A stretch of 64,000 nucleotides of DNA, taken from NCBI GenBank assembly GCA_965214705.1, contig CBDCCI010000002.1:320001-384000 (forward strand). Reading direction: 5' to 3'. The notes under the pieces are model-generated. The model had not been told where the DNA came from. It did not search any database and saw only the letters and a list, made by a program, of their open reading frames with translations. A program made the position numbers and the translations under genes. Positions 18,413 to 28,669 of this stretch are shown here, piece by piece. How positions within the stretch are numbered: the first letter of the stretch is position 1; every line of letters begins with the position of its first letter. The DNA is from Alphaproteobacteria bacterium. Lineage in GTDB: Bacteria > Pseudomonadota > Alphaproteobacteria > UBA828.

Positions 18413-20689
18413 CTAGCCTCCCGATCCCGAACCGCCGCGCAGGCGCCCGGTCAGGCGGCCGCTACCCGCTCTCGCGATGCCGCCGGTAACGGCACCCGCG
18501 AGGCGGCCTGCGCCGTCGTCCCCGCCGCCGGCCCGCCCGCCGATCCACTCCAGGACGGCGGAAGGCAGCAGGTCGATCAGCTTGAAGGCACCGTTCATCA
18601 GCGCGTAGCAGAGCATCACGTAGAGGGTGAGCATCGCGAGAAAGCCGATGGGACCCAGTCCGTCCGAAGCACCCGCGTCCCTCAGCTGCGGCAGCCAGAT
18701 GGCGTTGAGCAGGCCGATCGCCGCGAGGAACACGAAGTAGCCGAGGATGAGGCCGAACAGCATCAGCGGCGGGCGCAGGATCAGGCCCGGCAGGAACAGC
18801 CAGCCCTGGCGTGTCGCGGGCACCATGAGGCCCCGGTCCTGGCCGCGCGTGACGTGGGCTGCGGCGAACACGGTGACGGCGAGCACCGCCTCGACCACGT
18901 TTACCAGCCAGCCGAAGACGCCGAAGAGGAAGCGGATGAAGGGGAGCGCAGGCAGCACGAACGCGAGCACGGCGCCTGCGATCAGCATGAGGCCCAGGAT
19001 GGTGGAAACGAAGCCGTCGGTGACGTGCCAGACGGACTCGAAGGCATCGAGGCCCTTGCCGAAGAAGGGGATCGATTCCAGCAGACCGGAGCCCACGGCG
19101 ACGCCGGAGATCGCGCCGATGGCCCCCAGGGCTGAGGCGATCAGGTCGTAGCCGAAGCCCGCGAGGTCGGCGATCGGGTTGCCGCTGTCGGCGATGACGA
19201 CCGCATCGAGGTCGATGAACTCGAAGAGCCCGGCCACCAGCCCGCCGTCGCCTCCCCCTGCCGAAGAAAGCGTCCCCGCAACCCCGCCGCCTGCGGCAAA
19301 GAACACGGGTTGCCAGGTGCGCGAAGATGCCAGAGCGGCGAGCAGGCCCTTCACCGCCGCGGCCGCGGGCGGCGACCACTCTTCGAGGCTCGGCAGGGGG
19401 AGCGCCGCGTCGGGGACGTTGTGGGCGGCGGCCTGGAAGAGGCCGGTGCGGGACGCGATGGTGTTGAAGAAACCGGCGGCGGCGAGCCACGACGAGCCTG
19501 CGGCGTCCTCGGCGACGGCACGCTCCAGGGCGACCCGCTCCTCGGAAGCGGCCCGGCTCAACGCATCGTCAAGGACGGACTCATAGGACAGCGCGAGGCC
19601 GCGGGCGTTCATGGCAGCCTCGACGTCCGGCAGCGGCCGGCCGTGCACGGGCGAGCCCGGCAGGTAGCGGTCTCCCAGATCGGCGGCGAGGCCGCGCAAG
19701 GCCGGGAGCAGCCCCTCCATGGCGCGCCGATGTCCGTGCGCGGCGATCCCTCTGGACCCTTCGCCGTCGAGGCCGTCGAAGCGCACCGCCCCGCACAGGT
19801 CGCGGGGCATGCCGCGCCCGTCGCCGTCGTAGTGCAGCAGCAACGCGCCGCCTGCGCGCTCGTCGTTCACCTCGATGTAGGGGTCGTCGCCGATACGGCG
19901 CGCATTGGCGTTGGCGACATGCGTGCAGGTCTCGGCCAGCAGCACGCGGGATATGGCCGAGCGCCAGGCGGCGGCCTTGGGACGTGGCGCGATGGGATCG
20001 CCGCGGCCCAGCGCCTGTTCGGAAAAGGGCGTCCACACCGCGCCGGCGAAATCGCCGCCGAGAGTGGCCAGTCCCACCACGGCGTGCTGCGCACCGTTCA
20101 TGCCGCCCGGCAGCGGGGCCATGAGGGCCACCGCCACCACGATCCGCACGATCTCCCAGGCCCCGAACCCCCAGCGGCCGGTGCGGGCCGTGTCGACGGT
20201 TCCAGCCACGGTGTGCCAGAGCAGCAAGAAACCCGCGAGCACCAGCACGCCGCCGTTGAAGACGAAAAGCATGTCGCCCAGCACCGCATGGCGCGCGACA
20301 TCCATGTCGCTCAGGAACCCCAGCAGGTCCCGCGTCGCGTTGTCGGCGGTGGCGAAGATATCGGGATCGATGGTCTGCGCGCCCGCGGAGCGGGTGGCCA
20401 GCCCCGCGGCACCGACGGCCGCCAGGCCCGCGCCCAGGGCCGAGAGCGCGGCACCGAGCAGGACGCGGGGACGCCGATCCCGCTCCAGCAGGCGCCGCCA
20501 GCGCCGCTCCCCGCCGATCACGGGGGAACCCCCTGGTACAGGGGAACTCCCTGGTACAGGGGAACTCCCCGATATCCCGTCCGAAAGCGCCCGGACGCTT
20601 CGGCCGAGACGCCGGGCGGCCTGCCGGACCTCGCCCAGGCTGCGGCCCACCTCGGGCGCGAACAGGAAGCGCAGGATCCGCACGGTCAT
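18413..20689 (-). CDS. dotA: DotA/TraY family inner-membrane protein
   Basis: Polytopic membrane protein; SWLAAAGFF, LAFVLPALPFIRF, LILRPPLMLFGL, LPSAVLEWIGG; position at the end of the T4BSS cluster. Confidence 0.88.
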   Translation of the reverse strand: MTVRILRFLFAPEVGRSLGEVRQAARRLGRSVRALSDGISGSSPVPGSSPVPGGSPVIGGERRWRRLLERDRRPRVLLGAALSALGAGLAAVGAAGLATRSAGAQTIDPDIFATADNATRDLLGFLSDMDVARHAVLGDMLFVFNGGVLVLAGFLLLWHTVAGTVDTARTGRWGFGAWEIVRIVVAVALMAPLPGGMNGAQHAVVGLATLGGDFAGAVWTPFSEQALGRGDPIAPRPKAAAWRSAISRVLLAETCTHVANANARRIGDDPYIEVNDERAGGALLLHYDGDGRGMPRDLCGAVRFDGLDGEGSRGIAAHGHRRAMEGLLPALRGLAADLGDRYLPGSPVHGRPLPDVEAAMNARGLALSYESVLDDALSRAASEERVALERAVAEDAAGSSWLAAAGFFNTIASRTGLFQAAAHNVPDAALPLPSLEEWSPPAAAAVKGLLAALASSRTWQPVFFAAGGGVAGTLSSAGGGDGGLVAGLFEFIDLDAVVIADSGNPIADLAGFGYDLIASALGAIGAISGVAVGSGLLESIPFFGKGLDAFESVWHVTDGFVSTILGLMLIAGAVLAFVLPALPFIRFLFGVFGWLVNVVEAVLAVTVFAAAHVTRGQDRGLMVPATRQGWLFLPGLILRPPLMLFGLILGYFVFLAAIGLLNAIWLPQLRDAGASDGLGPIGFLAMLTLYVMLCYALMNGAFKLIDLLPSAVLEWIGGRAGGGDDGAGRLAGAVTGGIARAGSGRLTGRLRGGSGSGG

Positions 20690-21879
20690 CGCGGCGCCGC
20701 GCCCGGATCGGTGAGGCCGGGCAGCCGGCGCATCTCCTCGGTGGCGAGCGCCAGACGCGCCGCCTCCATGGCCCCCCGGCGCTCGTCGAGCCGATAACGC
20801 TCCCAGCCGAGCATGAGGTCGATGGATTGCAGCATGACAAGCTCGCGCAGCAGGTTGGCCTCGGACATCTCCTGCAGCGCGACGAACCTGTTGGGGTCCT
20901 CGAAGCGGCGGCTCGCCAGCAGCTCCATCAACTCGTAGCGGCTCACGGGCGCTTCCGGGTCGCGGCCGCTTTCCGGCGCAACCGCGCGCGCCCATGCGCC
21001 GAGACCGGCGCCGGGGGCGCGCCGGCTCCTGGCCTGAGCGAACCAGTCGGCGGCCAGCGCCGTGCGCGCGTCGGCCGCACGGGCCAGCAGCACCAGCCGT
21101 CGCTCCCGGTCGGTCTCGGCGGACGCCAGCGGCAGCGGGTCGTGCACCACCGGCGCAGCCAGATTGCGGGAGAGCTCGATGGCGGCGTGCAGTTCTTCCT
21201 CGCTGCCGAAGGTGCGGCGATCGAGGAGCGTCCCCGGCCTGAGGTCGGCGCCGTGCCATGCGTCCTCACCACTGCACGCGTCCTCGCCGGCCCGGCCGGG
21301 GCTGCAATACGTCCCGGTGACGACATCGAAGCGGGCAGCGCCGTCGGCGGCGCTGCCGGCTTCCGCCACCACCGCCCGGTCGCTGACGATACGGCCGGTC
21401 TCGATCTCCTGCGCCGCCGCGCCGGCATACTCCGCCGCGTCTCGCGCCGCCCCCAGACCGGCCAGCCCCGTGACCGCGGCGCAGGCGCTCCGGCTGGGGC
21501 GGTGCGCGTTCATGGAGCGGGTCTCTTCCACCTCGCGGGAAGTCTGGGCCTGCAGGCGGGTCTGGGCGTCCAGCGCCTGGGTCAGCGCCTTCGTGCCCTG
21601 CGCGGTGTAGCCCGAGAGCTGCCCGGTCTGGAGCCTGAGCGCCTCGATGATTGCGCGCTCCATGGCGTCGATCTCGCCCGTCAAGACCCGGATCGCCCGG
21701 CTGGCCTCGGCGCGGTCGTTGTCGGTGCGGTCGCAGGCGTGGCCCAGCGCCGGCGCCGACGGCAACAGCGCCGACGCCACCGCGACAAATATCGCGCACG
21801 CCATGCCTGCGAACCTGGCCGCCCGCGGAAGCGAAGCCGAAACGCTCATCCTCCGCGCCCTTGCCGCACCGGCAGTCAT
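20686..21879 (-). CDS. IcmX/TraW-like periplasmic protein
   Basis: Signal peptide; C-terminal RRFEDPN...SEANLLRELVMLQ; directly upstream of dotA/traY. Confidence 0.65.
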   Translation of the reverse strand: MTAGAARARRMSVSASLPRAARFAGMACAIFVAVASALLPSAPALGHACDRTDNDRAEASRAIRVLTGEIDAMERAIIEALRLQTGQLSGYTAQGTKALTQALDAQTRLQAQTSREVEETRSMNAHRPSRSACAAVTGLAGLGAARDAAEYAGAAAQEIETGRIVSDRAVVAEAGSAADGAARFDVVTGTYCSPGRAGEDACSGEDAWHGADLRPGTLLDRRTFGSEEELHAAIELSRNLAAPVVHDPLPLASAETDRERRLVLLARAADARTALAADWFAQARSRRAPGAGLGAWARAVAPESGRDPEAPVSRYELMELLASRRFEDPNRFVALQEMSEANLLRELVMLQSIDLMLGWERYRLDERRGAMEAARLALATEEMRRLPGLTDPGAAPR

Positions 21880-22436
21880 TGCCCGCCTCCCACGATGCTG
21901 CGAAACAGCGGAACTCGCTGGTACAGGGGAACGCCCTGGTCCAGCGGAACTCGCCGGTCCAGGGGAACGCCCCGGTCGCGCCCGGCGCTCCTCGTGCGGG
22001 CCGCCGATTCGGCCGCCCGCACCGGCTCAAGGCCGGGCAGACGGGGGATGCGGGAGGTGTAGAGGGCGGCGTCGAGCGGACGGCCGAGGTAGCCCCGGTA
22101 GGCTTCCCTGGCCGCAGCGCAGATGCGCCGCTGCACCAGCCCCAGCAGGTCCGTCATGCCGCGTCCCGGATCGAAGAGGATGTCGAAGCGCCGGAAGTCG
22201 AAGAGGTCGTCCGTGCAGGAGAAGTCGAGGATCGAGTCCGGGTCGCGGATGCCCTGGTCGGGATGGCGCAGGACGGCCACGTCTCGCTGTACGCCGATGC
22301 GCGCCCCTTCCGCCAGCGCCCGTTCCACCTCCGGTGCGCAGTCCGCCCCGGCGTGCGTCTCTCCATCCGCAGACACCGGCGTCGACCAGAGGGACAGCGC
22401 CAGCACCGACGCCAGGAGAGCCGACCGGCTACTCAT
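21876..22436 (-). CDS. Secreted hypothetical transfer protein
   Basis: Signal peptide MSSRSALLASVLALSLW, three Cys; overlaps both neighbours. Confidence 0.65.
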   Translation of the reverse strand: MSSRSALLASVLALSLWSTPVSADGETHAGADCAPEVERALAEGARIGVQRDVAVLRHPDQGIRDPDSILDFSCTDDLFDFRRFDILFDPGRGMTDLLGLVQRRICAAAREAYRGYLGRPLDAALYTSRIPRLPGLEPVRAAESAARTRSAGRDRGVPLDRRVPLDQGVPLYQRVPLFRSIVGGGQ

Positions 22437-23421
22437 GGCCGTCCCCGCCGCCGTCGGACGGGCGGACGATACCGGCATCCGCGCCCTCGCCCTCTCCGCC
22501 GATCTCCGTGCGGGCCTCGCCGCCCTGTTCGGCGCCGGGGGCGGCTTCTTCGTCCGCGGTCCCCGCTTGCCCGGCTGCGCCGGGTTCCGGTCCGGGCTCG
22601 ACGCTCCCTTCGCCTGCGGCGTCGCCGGCAGGGACAAGAGCAAGAGCTGCCTGTTCGCCGGCGCCGGCCGCATCGCCTGTCTCGCCGGCCGGCTCTTTGG
22701 CAGCGACGGCGGCGACGGTGGATGCGGTGTCGTCCCGCCGGTCCGCATCGCCGCCGGACGTGCCGCTCCCTGCGCGGATCGAAGAATTCGTGTCGGCCGT
22801 GCCGCCGGCTCCGGCGTCCGCGGCCGGGTCGTCGCCCTCATCGGCTTTGCCGCCGCCGGTCTCCCCTTGCCCCGCGGAAGCGTTGCCGGCTGCGCCGTTC
22901 CCGGCATCGGCCCGGCCGGCCGGCATGGCGGCTTCGCCCGCGCCGCCTTGAGCATTGGCGTCCGAAGCGGCGGTCGCCGCCGTGCCGGCAGGTTCCGCCT
23001 CCGCCGGCTTCGCCGCCCCTGCGGGCGCGGCTCCGCCGGGCGGCTCGTCGTCTCCGCCGCTATCGTCCGGCCCCCGCCGGCGCTGCTCCAGCACGTTCAC
23101 CTGCGCCTGCGGCCCGGACACCACGATCTCCGTGATCCGCCGCTCGGCGCCCCTCCTGTCCCGCCAGGACCGCGTGGCGATGCGGCCCTCGACCAGCACC
23201 CGGTCGCCCTTGCGCACCAGCTTCCTCGCCGCCTCGGCCGCTTCGCCGTACGCCACCACGGCGTGCCACTGGGTGTCCTCGCCGTCCGTGCCGTCCCTGC
23301 GCCGGAAGCGCTCGGTCGTGGCCAGGCTGAACAGCGCCACGTCGCCGCCGGAGGTCAGCTTTCGCATCTCGGGGTTGCGTCCGGCGTAGCCCAGCAGGGT
23401 CGCCCTGTTCATTGTCAGCAT
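22429..23421 (-). CDS. ssb: Single-stranded DNA-binding protein with long acidic low-complexity tail
   Basis: MNRATLLGYAGRNPE...FSLATTE...TQWHAVV...KGDRVLVEGRIATRSW OB-fold. Confidence 0.92.
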   Translation of the reverse strand: MLTMNRATLLGYAGRNPEMRKLTSGGDVALFSLATTERFRRRDGTDGEDTQWHAVVAYGEAAEAARKLVRKGDRVLVEGRIATRSWRDRRGAERRITEIVVSGPQAQVNVLEQRRRGPDDSGGDDEPPGGAAPAGAAKPAEAEPAGTAATAASDANAQGGAGEAAMPAGRADAGNGAAGNASAGQGETGGGKADEGDDPAADAGAGGTADTNSSIRAGSGTSGGDADRRDDTASTVAAVAAKEPAGETGDAAGAGEQAALALVPAGDAAGEGSVEPGPEPGAAGQAGTADEEAAPGAEQGGEARTEIGGEGEGADAGIVRPSDGGGDGHE

Positions 23422-26400
23422 CGTTCCGGTCTCCTTTCTCCGGTGGTTGGATCGGTCAATACGTTCCGTTGCACCGCGGCGGCAGGGCCGGCCCCGGCGG
23501 TCCGCGGCCTTCCCCCGGACCGGGGCGTTTCCCGGTCATCCGCCAGCTCGTCCACGAGCCTCTCCAGCAGATCGCTCTCGGACGCCGCGACCCTGGCGCC
23601 GCGCAGCTCCAGCCGGCGCAGCTCGGCCTCGATCCAGGTCCGGGCGCTACCCGTGGGGAAGCGCCTGGCCAGTGCCGCGCGCGCTTCCGCCGGAGCGAGA
23701 CGGGCGTGCAGCCGCTCGCGGAGAGCAGCGTCGCGCGGCGAGGTGGTGAGCGCCCAGAGCTCCACCGGCCCCGGCGCGTTCACCGCCACCTGCTCGAAGC
23801 GGCCCCGGGCATCGGTGGCGATCAGCAGGGCGGGCGCCCCGTCGGCCCCCGGTCCGGTGAGGCGGAAGCGCACCGCCTCCGTGACCGTCTCGCTCAGCTC
23901 GAACACCCGCGCGAGCGACTCCATCTCCCCCGCCTTGCCGCCCGCGCCCAGCACCCAGATGCGGTTGGCGAGCTCCACCAGGGCGTCGCCGAAGTCGTCG
24001 AGACGCTGGGAAGCGAGGCAAAGCCTGACATGGTGCTTGCGCGCCTCGCGGGCGTCGCGCTCCACCTGCGCGCGTACAGCCAGCGCGGAGCCGGTGCGGT
24101 GGAACTCGTCGAAGGCGAGGCGCTTCGGGGTCTCGCGGATCTGACGCAGGCGGCTGCGGTGCCACTCGCGGAAGCGCTCGGGCATAAGGTCGATATCCTC
24201 CCCGGCGATCCACCAATGGCGGGTGAGCGCGTGGCGGGCGAGCATGTAGAAGGCGGCGGTCTGGCGGTCGGCCTCGGCCGAGCCCCTCGGCGCCACCTCG
24301 CGCAGGTCGATGGCCGCCACCCTGGCGGCGCCGGTATCGAAGGCGGTGGGGGCGAACATCGCGGGCCACGAGCCCGCGAGCGCGGTGAGGATGCGGATGA
24401 ACGCCTGCGTCACGGTCTCGCCGCCCGTTCCGTGCCGGGCATCGCCCACGAGGCCCTGAACCGCGGGCTCGCGCACCGCCGAGAGGAAATCTCCCAGCAC
24501 CGGCACCGCGTAACGCTGGGCGCGGGAGGCTGAGACCGGATCGCCCGCGTCGAACAGCGCGTCCACCACGTCCCACCAGGGAAGCTCCGAAGGAGCCAGG
24601 CCCGCACGCTCCAGAGCCCCGTCCACGTCCCGGTCCCGGCCGGGCGCGTAGACGTTGGGCTCCGCGCCCGCGATCCGGTCGGAGCGGAGCGCATAGGCGC
24701 CCGCGATCGTGGGACCGATCAGCTCGCGCATGCCGTCCGGCACCCCTGCGGCGCCGGCTGGGGTCAGGATCAGCCCCAGCAGGTTCTCCAGAAAGGCGCG
24801 CTCGGCCGGAAGGGGCGCGCGGCAGCCGAGCTGCGTGTCGCAGGGGTTGATGGCGCATCCGGCGCTCATGCGGAGCGGGAACCAGCCGGCCTCCGCCCGG
24901 CGCTCCGGCGGCAGGGCCTCGCGGATCAGCGAGATCAGGCCGGAGGACGAGGGGCCGATGTCGATGGTGGCGGCCAGCGGCAGCCGCGCCGGGCCGGTCT
25001 GAAGCACGTGGGCGAGGGTGAGGCTGTTCATCAGCACCGACTTGCCGCGCCCCGGGATGCCGTGGATCAGCTCGAAGCCGTGGTCCTCGCCGTCTTCGCA
25101 GGACCAGGGCAGCATCTTGCCGTCGGGCGCCCGGAACAGGTGGTTGACGGCCGACCAGGGCGTTCCCCTGCGGCGCGCGAGCGGCGCGGGGCGGCAGACG
25201 GGCAGCAGGCGTAGCGCCTCCGAAAGCGGCGCGAGCGCAGGTTCTGCGGTGCCGCCGCAGCAGAAGCCCGGGACCGAGGATGCGAAGGCCTCCAGGGGAT
25301 CGCCCACCAGGGCCGAGAACACGCACTCGCCCCAGCCCTCGGCGATCTGCTGCAGGCGCCCCAGGCGGCGCGCCAGCTCCTCTTCTCCCTCTTCGGGACT
25401 CACCCACGTCAGCATGCCGAGGCGCAGGCGAACCACGGCCTGCGCGGCCGCGTCCTGCTCGGCGAGGGCGCGCATGGCGTCGCGCACGGCGCGGCTGTCG
25501 GGATGGGAGAAGGCGAGGAAGGCGGATGCGACGTGCGCCACGGCAGCGCCCAGGCGGCGCAGTCCGCCGCCCTCGATCAGGATGGAGAAGCGGCAGGGGA
25601 TGCCGGCCTCCGCCAGCCCTTCCATGAGCTCCGCGAAGGGCGGCGCGCGCCTTGGTCCCAACACCATGTCCAGTGCGCCGTAGAGGCGGCCGCCCATGCG
25701 GATGCCGCTGTCTGCGCGCACCGGATCGCGGACCAGGATCTGCGGCGCCAGCGGCGGCGGGAAGGCCCCCGCCTCCGGCGGCTCGGTCACCCGTGCCGGG
25801 GCATCGTTGGCGACGGTCACCGGACGCCAGTCCGGCGCGGTCGTATCCGAACCGTTGAGCAGCACCCGCATGGTGCGCAGCGCTGCATCGTCGCCGAGGC
25901 GTTCCGCGACCATGCCCGTCTCGCCGAAGAGCGCCGCCAGGGTGTCCGTGAGCGCCCGGTGGCGCGCCTCCAGCCCGTCGAGCACGGCATGGGGGCACTG
26001 GGACTCGCCCGGCTCGGGCAGCCAGCCCTTCGTGCGTGCCCGCAGCCGTTTGCGGCCGCGCCTGGCCTCCGCTGCGGTCAGGCACGCGGGCCGGGTCCAG
26101 CAGGCGAGCGTCATGGTCTCCGCGGCGAGGAGGGGCGCGAGACAACGTGCCCGCTCGTCGAGAACGTCGCGCAACTCGAGACCCAGCCGCACCGCCTGCC
26201 TCCCGGCCCGCGCGCAGACGTCCTCGACTTGCGACTCCGCTTCGTCCGGGGCCCGCTCCAGCATCAGGTGGAGCGCATGGCCGGGTTCGGCGAGCCGGCT
26301 GTTGAGGCGGCGGCAGGCCACCTCGACGAAGCGCTCCAGCTCGGCCGGCCCGGTCATGGAGCGTGCCCCGTCGATGAGGAACAGCGACACCAGCGAGCCG

Positions 26401-26516
26401 TCGGAGCAGGCCAGAAGCCCACCGCCCACGGCCGCCCGCGGCAGCAGAAAACTCTCCAGCGGCTTGCGCCGGAGCGTCCAGCCCGCCGCCAGCGCGTCCT
26501 CGAGAGCGCGGTGCAT
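23415..26516 (-). CDS. icmB: IcmB/DotO (TraU) VirB4-like ATPase
   Basis: ~1030 aa; GIPGRGKS Walker A, IDIGPSSSGLISLIREALP, INPCDTQLGCR, FDEFHR, LWALTT. Confidence 0.92.
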   Translation of the reverse strand: MHRALEDALAAGWTLRRKPLESFLLPRAAVGGGLLACSDGSLVSLFLIDGARSMTGPAELERFVEVACRRLNSRLAEPGHALHLMLERAPDEAESQVEDVCARAGRQAVRLGLELRDVLDERARCLAPLLAAETMTLACWTRPACLTAAEARRGRKRLRARTKGWLPEPGESQCPHAVLDGLEARHRALTDTLAALFGETGMVAERLGDDAALRTMRVLLNGSDTTAPDWRPVTVANDAPARVTEPPEAGAFPPPLAPQILVRDPVRADSGIRMGGRLYGALDMVLGPRRAPPFAELMEGLAEAGIPCRFSILIEGGGLRRLGAAVAHVASAFLAFSHPDSRAVRDAMRALAEQDAAAQAVVRLRLGMLTWVSPEEGEEELARRLGRLQQIAEGWGECVFSALVGDPLEAFASSVPGFCCGGTAEPALAPLSEALRLLPVCRPAPLARRRGTPWSAVNHLFRAPDGKMLPWSCEDGEDHGFELIHGIPGRGKSVLMNSLTLAHVLQTGPARLPLAATIDIGPSSSGLISLIREALPPERRAEAGWFPLRMSAGCAINPCDTQLGCRAPLPAERAFLENLLGLILTPAGAAGVPDGMRELIGPTIAGAYALRSDRIAGAEPNVYAPGRDRDVDGALERAGLAPSELPWWDVVDALFDAGDPVSASRAQRYAVPVLGDFLSAVREPAVQGLVGDARHGTGGETVTQAFIRILTALAGSWPAMFAPTAFDTGAARVAAIDLREVAPRGSAEADRQTAAFYMLARHALTRHWWIAGEDIDLMPERFREWHRSRLRQIRETPKRLAFDEFHRTGSALAVRAQVERDAREARKHHVRLCLASQRLDDFGDALVELANRIWVLGAGGKAGEMESLARVFELSETVTEAVRFRLTGPGADGAPALLIATDARGRFEQVAVNAPGPVELWALTTSPRDAALRERLHARLAPAEARAALARRFPTGSARTWIEAELRRLELRGARVAASESDLLERLVDELADDRETPRSGGRPRTAGAGPAAAVQRNVLTDPTTGERRPERC

Positions 26517-26524
26517 CGCCGTTC

Positions 26525-26965
26525 TCAGAGCTTGGGCCGGGCCACGGTCTGGACCGCACCGCCCAGGCCGAAGGTGTCGCCGAGGCCGTTGATCACCGCA
26601 GGTGCCGCGATCAGCGCTACGCCGATAAGGATGGCGATGAGCCCGGAGCCCAGGGTGGTCTGCTGCGGGTGGTCGACGTGGCGCTTGAGCTTCAAGAGCC
26701 CGAAGCCGGCGACGGCGGCACCCACGATGTAGAAGCCGATGGCGAGCAGCGCGGGCACCGCGTCGAGGTCCGCCGCCGCCTTGTCGGCCATGTCGCCGAG
26801 CGATACCGCCAGCGCGGGCTGCGCGGCGAGAAACCATACGGTCCCGAGGACCGCCAGTGCAGCGGCCCGCAGGGGTGCGGCCGCCCGCAGGGGCGCGGCC
26901 ATCCGCAGGGATGTAGCCGTCCGCAGGGGTGTGCCCACCCGCAGGGGTGCGATCGCGATGGTCAT
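26525..26965 (-). CDS. IcmD/DotP (TraR)-like small membrane protein / pilin-like
   Basis: AAGGAG RBS; signal peptide then two TMs around LLKLKRHVDHPQQTTLG. Confidence 0.75.
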   Translation of the reverse strand: MTIAIAPLRVGTPLRTATSLRMAAPLRAAAPLRAAALAVLGTVWFLAAQPALAVSLGDMADKAAADLDAVPALLAIGFYIVGAAVAGFGLLKLKRHVDHPQQTTLGSGLIAILIGVALIAAPAVINGLGDTFGLGGAVQTVARPKL

Positions 26966-26976
26966 GGTCGTCTCCT

Positions 26977-27513
26977 TCATGTGATCCGCAGAACCTGGAT
27001 GCCGAGGCTGGTCTGCACCGCCCCGATCAGGCTCTCGATGTGCCAGGCGCAGACCCCGCCCAGCATGTGCATGGCGGCCCGCCCGGCGCTCGCGCCGGGT
27101 ACCCCGTCCGCTGCCGCGCTCAGCACGAATGCGCCGCGCAGGAAGGCCAGCAGCCCGACCCAGCCCACGACGGTGAGCACCGCGCCGATGAGCGCGTCGT
27201 AGTCGGCGCCCCGCCGGGAGTGGTGCCCGAGGCTGGCGGAGGCTGCGGTTCCCTGCCCGAACAGGCTCTCGCCGCCGGCGGCGAGCCACGAGGGGAAGCT
27301 CGCCATCACCAGGCAGACCAGGAAGCAGAGCGCCGTGCCAGCGCCGGACGGTCCGTTGAAGCGGTCCTCCGAGAGCCGCAGCAGGCGCGCGCATCCCTGG
27401 ACGAACGCCAGCAGCGCAAGCAGGTAGCAGGCCGCTGCGATCAGCCCCATCAGCGCGGGATCGAGGTCCCGCACGAGGGAGATCATCGCGCCTCCGAGGT
27501 CATTCCCCTGCAT
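26977..27513 (-). CDS. IcmC/DotE (TraQ)-like membrane protein
   Basis: Four TM segments, AACYLL, VGLLAFLRG, HMLGG; synteny between icmE-like and icmD-like genes. Confidence 0.7.
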   Translation of the reverse strand: MQGNDLGGAMISLVRDLDPALMGLIAAACYLLALLAFVQGCARLLRLSEDRFNGPSGAGTALCFLVCLVMASFPSWLAAGGESLFGQGTAASASLGHHSRRGADYDALIGAVLTVVGWVGLLAFLRGAFVLSAAADGVPGASAGRAAMHMLGGVCAWHIESLIGAVQTSLGIQVLRIT

Positions 27514-28669
27514 CGGCCCTCTCCCGCCGGCCAAGGTCCGGCGCCTTTCCCGGCGCTCTCGCGAAGTCGCGAGCCACCATGACCACCAGGGGCGTGTCGC
27601 GGGGGATGCGGACCGTGGTCTCCTTCGGCGCGTCCGCCATAAGTATGTCGCCCAGGGTGCGCGCAGCGGCGCCGGCACCCGCATGGAGCGCCTCGCGCTC
27701 GCCGGCGGCACCGCGCTCGTGGAAGATCGTCCCGTCCTGCATGGTGAGGGTTCTGGCCGGCGCGGCGACGGCGGTGAGAAAACCCTCCGCGAATCGCGCC
27801 GCCGCGGGAAGCAGGACGCGGGACACGAAGTGCCGGTCGACCTCGCCCTCGATCCCGTAGCAGGCGCAGTTCGGGTCCACCGCCCAGGCGTCGAGCGGGA
27901 AGGTCCGGCCCCGCCAGGTCAGACTGGCGAGGCGCAGCACCAGCCTCTGGCGCACGCGCTCGAAGCCGCCGTGCGCGACCGCGCCGGCGAGTGGCGGCTG
28001 CAGGATCTCCAGCACCACCGGGCCGGGATAGTCCGAGTCCACGGCGTAAAGGGTGCGCGCGTAGAGCCCGGTCCCGGCTGCGACATGCGGCAGCCTCGGG
28101 CCGTCCGGAGCCGCCCTTTCCGCGCTGCGGCCGGCAGCCGCGCCGCCGCGGTCCCGGGGAGCCGCGTAGCGCAGGCTCACGATCTGCGGCGGCCGGGACC
28201 ACTCCTCCAGGAGCACGGCGACCAGCGCAGCCAGACCGTCGCCAGCGTCCGTGCTGCGCCTGTCCGGCCGCGACGTGCTCTCGTACACGGCGCGGGGCCG
28301 CACATCCACCCCTTCGGGCTCGCCCGCAGTCCCGGTGCGCCCCGTCCAGCGGTCTCCCGGGTTCGGCTCACCCATCTCCCCGATGTCCTGGCCCTCTCCC
28401 GGCGCCTGCCCGGTGCCGTGGAACGTCGACATGAAGGAGTCGCCGCGCGCCCGGGCTTGCTCCCGACGCTGCCCGTCGCGCCGGTCGAGCGTGTCCTCGT
28501 AGGCCGGCGACAGCGGATCTTCGGGGTTCAGGCTCACTCCGCGGTTGTCAGGCATCTGCGGCCAGGCAGGCGCGGCACAGGCCAGCATCAGGAACAATGC
28601 AGCCAGGGCCGCTCCCAACAGCCGGCCCCTGTGGGCGGCCGATGCTGCAACAGGTGCTCTGGCGTTCAT
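27500..28669 (-). CDS. icmE: DotG/IcmE (TraO) VirB10-like protein
   Basis: AGTGLYARTLYAVDSDYPGPVVLEILQPPLAGA...AWAVDP...VDRHFVSR; ATGA-coupled start. Confidence 0.85.
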   Translation of the reverse strand: MNARAPVAASAAHRGRLLGAALAALFLMLACAAPAWPQMPDNRGVSLNPEDPLSPAYEDTLDRRDGQRREQARARGDSFMSTFHGTGQAPGEGQDIGEMGEPNPGDRWTGRTGTAGEPEGVDVRPRAVYESTSRPDRRSTDAGDGLAALVAVLLEEWSRPPQIVSLRYAAPRDRGGAAAGRSAERAAPDGPRLPHVAAGTGLYARTLYAVDSDYPGPVVLEILQPPLAGAVAHGGFERVRQRLVLRLASLTWRGRTFPLDAWAVDPNCACYGIEGEVDRHFVSRVLLPAAARFAEGFLTAVAAPARTLTMQDGTIFHERGAAGEREALHAGAGAAARTLGDILMADAPKETTVRIPRDTPLVVMVARDFARAPGKAPDLGRRERADAGE

